The position numbers were made by a program, and so were the translations under genes. The notes below the pieces were generated by a model, which did no database searches, was not told the DNA's origin, and worked only from the letters and a program-made list of their open reading frames with translations. A DNA stretch of 64,000 nt from Macrostomum lignano (Eukaryota): assembly GCA_002269645.1 (NCBI GenBank), contig NIVC01002582.1, positions 95,748-159,747 of the forward strand. Direction: 5' to 3'. Positions 58,190-64,000 of this stretch are shown in pieces (position 1 is the first letter of the stretch; the number at the start of each line of letters is the position of its first letter).

Positions 58190-59990
58190 TGCCAGGGACG
58201 AGCTGCAGCGCATCCACGCCCAGCGGACTGAAGCCTTCATCGAAGAGGCTGTGGGCGAAATCCAACTCGCTTGCCACTGACAACTGCCGCCATAGTGCTG
58301 CCATAGGACGGCCATCAACCAGCTGACTGGCAGGAAGCCCAAGCCCAACACCATCGTCGGCGCTGATTCCACCGAGCACCACAAGGCCCTGCTGGCCACT
58401 CACTACCGCGAGGTGCTCAACGCGCCCGTTATAGCTGCGCCTCTTCTGCCAATCCCAGACTCTTCGCTCCAGCCCAGCCAGGCGCCTTCAACACCGGCCC
58501 CATCACTTCGGGCGAGGTTGGCCGAGCACTGAAGATCATGCGAGCTGACGCCGCCGCTGGGGTGGACGCCATCCCTCCCAGGGTCCTGAAGCTGTCCGAG
58601 CTCACCCCAATCATTACCAGCCTGCTGAAAAAGCACTGCAGCCTTGAAGGCAACGAGACCGCTTCAGCTCCTCAGCAATGTGCACCTCCAAGATTGTCTT
58701 CATCCTGAAGAAAGGCGCCTCCACCAGCCTGGACAACCAGCGGGGCATCGCTCTGGAATGCACAAAGCCGAAGCTGCACTGAACACAATTCTGATCAACT
58801 GCCTCCTAGCCCGGCCTCAACCCACTGCTGCTGAGCCTCCAAAGTGGCTTCCGTCCGGGCAGGTCCACCACCGAGCAGGTTGCCACCATCCGCTCTGTCA
58901 TCGAGGCCTGCAAGACGGCCGCCAGCGCTCCGTGTCAATCATCTTCGTCGACTTTCGTAAGGCGATTGACTCGGTGTCCAGGCCTGCGATCGCGTGGCTT
59001 TTATCTCACTATGGTGTACCTGCTGCGCTGGTGATCACTGTGATGGACCTCTACCGCGACTCCAGGGCTTTTGTAATCTCGCGCGATGACCCCACAGAAG
59101 AGTTCGGCACCAGCTCAGGCGTACTTCAGGGTGACACACTGGCTCCTCTGCTCTTTCTCGTGGTTGTGGATTACGTGCTCCGTCGGTCCCTCTGCGAGGA
59201 CGACAGCTACTTGCTGGTCTCACGCCGAAGCTCCAGACACCCTGCTGTTTCGCTTCCCGCTCTCGCATATGCTGAGGATATCGCGCTGCTTTGCCGCGAA
59301 CCTGCTGCAGCCCAGTGCGCTCTCACAAGGCTCTGCGACGAGGGTGCCCGCGTTGGGCTGCTGGTGAACGCTCGCAAGACGGAGGCGCTGCACGTGGGCA
59401 CGAATACCACCCCAGCCCAATGGAGACCGCATCGCGGTGCACGAGGACTTCCGGAACCTCGGTGCCCTTATTATGAACCCCGATGCGATTGTCTCCGACA
59501 AGGAGCAACCAGGCCTGGCGCGCCGCGCACCTGCAAAGGAACGTCTTCAATTCAGCTGCCACAGACGACCTGAAGGTGCGTCTGTTCCGCGTGGCCGTCG
59601 AGCCGATCCTCCTGTACGGCATGGAGGCTGTGCCGCTGACCAAGACGCGAGAGCGAGCCCTGGACGCGCTTTACCGATCGCTGCTGCGCTACGCACTGGG
59701 CGTGCGCTACCCGGAGCGCCCGCCTATCAGCGCTACCCTCCGCTGGCGCCGTCAGATGCTGCTGGGCCACCACTGCCTACGAACCCTGGGCCCGTAGGTG
59801 CGCCCGTCCTTCAGGCTCTGCTGCAACGGTCAACCGAGCAACTGCGCCGCGGCCCGGCCCACACTGCCACTCTGACGGACTGCCTCATTGCTGACTTGCA
59901 GGCGCTTGCACTGACCCCTCAGGCAGCTGCCTGCTCCTCCTGCCTGTTCTGCGAGCGCTTACGCGCTAGGGGTCTACTGTGTGCGCCCTA
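58190..59990 (+). mobile_element. Degenerate RTE-clade non-LTR retrotransposon (RT region, frameshifted, endonuclease missing)
   Basis: SIIFVDFRKAIDSVSR, GVLQGDTLAPLLF, LAYAEDIALL (YADD changed to YAED), LFRVAVEPILLYGMEAVPLT. Several frameshifts and stops; GC-rich against an AT-rich background. Confidence 0.9.
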
Positions 59991-62900
59991 AAAATGTATA
60001 TGATGCATGCATATGCTACCGGTTGTATTACTAGGTACTATATTTTTAGTACACCTGCTGTACATGTATGCAAATATTTCAACGGTGCTAATACTAGTAG
60101 TATAATAATGATATGTTATCCATTCCATGAAATGCTGGGGCACCATATGCAGATGAAATCGCTATAGGGATGCAGAATTAGTTGTTACATGTAAACCTGT
60201 CGTGCCGCGAAGGGAGCTACATGTACGTAACAGTAATAGTGTAGGTTGCGGGCCGACAAACCAAATTTGTTTTTAGACTGTTCATTTGGTTTACATGTAC
60301 GTTTAATATGTTAATAACGGCACTTTACATGTATGTAATTGAATAAAAATTCAACGAGGTCCACTCGATCAGGACTGTGTAACAAGAAATCATTCATATA
60401 TTAGATCCTCAATTAAAGAGCGCGCCCGTGCACTGGTAGTATTTTCATCGAAATTTCCCAACAGAATACACACAAGAGTATTTATTCTATTTCGGAATCT
60501 ACGCAGGTGTATTTTTTGCACAATGGTAGAATGGGTAAAAAAATCACAGGGTTTGGCATGTTGTTTCATTGTATACTAGGCCCACACTACAGGGAGCGAT
60601 TCAAAAGCAATAAAATTTTCAAAAATTTTTATGTTCCATATACAATAATGTAATACACTAACTGTATTTAGTAAAAAAGTTTGCTATCTTAAAATTTTAC
60701 CATATATTTGTTTAAATGGTCAACGTATAAATCGCATCAATATGACGTTGAATAAGCAGGTCCTCAACTGCTTAATACTCAACTGCTTCAGTAGTTAGTG
60801 TCAGACTGGATCATCAGGACACATATGGGCGATATGGCTTATGTCGTATGACGTTAAACATATGTTAATTTTTCATTGACATTAGAAGGCCTATAATTTT
60901 TATAAAATATTATGTATTACCTACCTAATTTATATTTAATTTAGATCTATATTCCTGAAAGCATTGGTAGGCCCATTAAAGTGCTATCCTAGGCTTAATT
61001 TTTGTTGAGTAGGGGCCTAAATTAAATTAAGAGTACATAGCAATGGCCTAGGCAAATTTAACAATGAGCAGAACTCAAAAAAGTTAAGCATTGGCAATAT
61101 TTGTGAGAGCTAAAATTGCAGCTAGTATTGTATAAAATATCAATAACCCAAAGGCCAAAGCTAGGCCTAATGTCATAGGCTTAACCCATAGGCCTATATG
61201 GCCTTATGATAAGGCCATGGCCATCTATAATATTCCCTTTTAGATTTGAAACAAAATAGTACAAATGAGATTGAGAATTTATAGGCCTAGGTAGTGCTGG
61301 TCTAGCCTAGCTTTTTATGTTAAGAAGTAAAGACAAAGTAGTAATTATTAAAGTAGTAGGCCTAATAAATAGGCCTATTAATTAATTTGTTATAATTAGA
61401 CCTAGACATTTCATATTTATACAATTATAGGCCTATTAAAAAGTTTTGGCAATAATATGCTGTGTGCACTTATACTATAGGCTAGTAGGCCTAGCTAGGA
61501 TCAAATTGTTTGTGGTTAGTTTGCTAGGATATATTACTTTGTCTATTGTCAGTTAATTTGCTAGCAGATAAAATGAGTTTTTAGTGGTGGGTATGTTTAT
61601 TGTTTGTTTAGTATAATTATGAGGTAGGGGTTAAGAAAGAAAATAAAAAAAATTGGATTTGGATTTTCCTTGTAACTGATTGGCATTGAGTTTGCACAAA
61701 TGAATACAGAAATGGTGCAGACGAATCACAACAAATTGCTTTCTCCTGTTTTATTTCAACAGCCGGGGTCCTCAAATTCTGGGGGGAGGGTAGTCGTAAT
61801 CATAGCGGAGCAGTCTTGTAGCGGCACGGTCGTTCAAACAATAATACACTAGAGATTTTGGCGTCATAAAATTAATGTGTTAATTTGCTGGCTGGTTACT
61901 TTTGGTAGGGTAGTTGCTGCCACCACTATAATTTAAATATTTTGGAACAAATTAAGTCTTAGAGCTTTCTTTGAGATGAGAACTTTGGTTTTTTTATGCC
62001 CCATAGGCAAATGACTCAAGCAATACTATGGCTTATGTCAACAGATAAATGTGGTGTTTATGTTTATTAAGTTTCATTTATTATTTAGCAGGCTTAATAA
62101 AAAAGTTACTAATGCTATTTATAATTAGGACAATTACTGAGCTTTGCATTTAATTTATTATGACGACAATGATTGTGGGCGCCAGTGCGCAAAACGAGTT
62201 AAGAAAGTAAAATTGAACTAAACTTGGCAAAAGAAAACTGAAGTGAAGGAGGAGAAGAAACGCATGAACCTAAAGTGGCACATCATGGGCTATATAAATA
62301 TTAATGGAGAGGCTGCAGTCAATGAGTGTGGCTGCCACTGGTCACACTAGTAGACCAAAATCTTGGACGTGGACACAACAGATGGAACAGCTTTATTGAC
62401 ATGCAAATTGAGAAAATAAAACAAAAAATTTAAGCAAAATTCCAGCAGGGGAAAACTCTTTTTTTTCATAGAATGGGATGACAAAACACTTGCTAGATCT
62501 CCAATCAAAAGAACATGAGAAAAAATTATTAGCAAACAGACAAGAAAAAATTAACTCTTTTGTGAGCAGTTTGAAGGGCTATTAAAAAATAAAACAGTTA
62601 ATTAAAATTCAGACCAGTGGCACCTAACTGCCACAATTATATGACATAAATACTATATATTGTATGATTAGTCAATTAATTCAGGTATAATTTAGCCATC
62701 AATATTCAAAGCAAAAAACAAATTATTATAGTTTATTTATACACTGCTTAATATAATTTAAAGAGATGACACTATGTAATTTAGCTTTCATTTTTAACTG
62801 TGATTTTAAACTTTGATTTTTATATTTAAATTGTGATTTTAAAACATATTTCCTATGAATTTAGTTGCAGTTATCCCATCTCCTATTTTTCACTATGAAC

Positions 62901-64000
62901 TCTTATTTTGACTCTAAAAACCAAATGAGCTTTAAACTTTGTGCAAAATTTCTCCCAAAATGTAAATTCAAAACTTCAACTACTGATCATTCATCTGCTT
63001 ATTTGCTTATTTGCTGCAAATACTGCTCTTTACACTAATATATGCTTTGCTGCTTCATTGCTAGGTATTGTTTTCATTGGACACAATAGCACAGCAGATG
63101 AACTGTCCACCTTAGCATGGATCTCCAGTAGACAAACTGATAGCAGATTAAATGACCTAGTTTGCCCCTAGTTTGTACTATAGACAACAGGAAAAATGAC
63201 CATTGCTTCATGGCTACACCAATACATGATTAAATTGAGTGCTTATAAAATAAACTAGATTATAAAATGGTAATATTAGGCAATGCCAATTTGATTATAG
63301 CTACAATAAAATGTTAGTATGAATAGATAACTTGCTATTGCAATAATTGAATGAATTATGAATACTTGATAAATATCTAAAACAATAAGATCTAATAAAA
63401 TTGCTATCATTTTGCACCATTGCCAAGAAAGTGTTCAGTGTATGCCAGAGTTTTTTAGGCAAAATTGAAAGTTATATACCAATATGCCAAAAATTAGAAA
63501 TGTGACTGTCATGTATACCAAAATTTCAAAATGATGCAACCTTACTTTGCCCTATGAGAATAAAGATAAATGATCCTTTTACATTCCAACAATCAAGGAC
63601 CTTTTCTATTGTTAGGTTTAATGTTTACATGTACACTATAACAAAATAAGTGTTGTATCTATTACTTAATAACAACTTGCCATCACAAAGTTCTAATACT
63701 TAAACCCTTTAAAAACACTATCACATTCAATAATTATATATATATATATAATATACATATTTATTTATTCATATATATACTTTTTAAGACTCAAACACAC
63801 GCAAATATGCATGTTAATGAACTTAGAACTATAAATACAAAATAGTCTCCTTTGTAGTAGCCATTAATATCCATTTTTATATGTTTTGTCTAATATAAGA
63901 TTTGAATAAAGATATATGATAACTGAAATTTCACTATACATATAGTTATTATCGCATATATCAGAATTTTATTAATTGTGCTTATACAATTCTCATACAA

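Noticed and set aside
62215-62350. Short purine-rich open frame (TWQKKTEVKEEKKRMNLKWH...)
   Set aside because: Under 50 codons, with no splice signals or motif support.

Overview
AT-rich animal genomic DNA with GT-AG introns, many filled by private minisatellites. The style suggests a flatworm such as Macrostomum, but that is inference, not a database match. Genes reconstructed by hand from splice sites and reading phase: intronless tubulin cofactor A (+); a 9-exon PKD2/TRPP channel (-) with a tandem pair of 114-nt alternative exons encoding the first TM helix; a CAT/SLC7 cationic amino-acid transporter (+); a secreted fibrinogen-related gene with a 1-nt frameshift (+); a damaged BEN-like gene bracketed by inverted GCCCACTG arrays (-); ZC4H2 (+). 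The most striking gene is a phase-consistent 6-exon gene (-, 35874-41577, about 1518 aa). It joins a degenerate alpha-kinase-like region, ankyrin repeats, a Mab-21/cGAS-like (cGLR) nucleotidyltransferase fold, more ankyrins and a caspase domain with intact catalytic motifs, making it a candidate single-chain sensor-effector immune or cell-death protein. Mobile DNA includes two tRNA-derived SINE families (one CORE-like), two RTE LINE fragments, an LTR with a tRNA-Leu PBS, a P-element-like relic and hAT-like MITEs. Most long ORFs in the supplied track are tandem-repeat artefacts.
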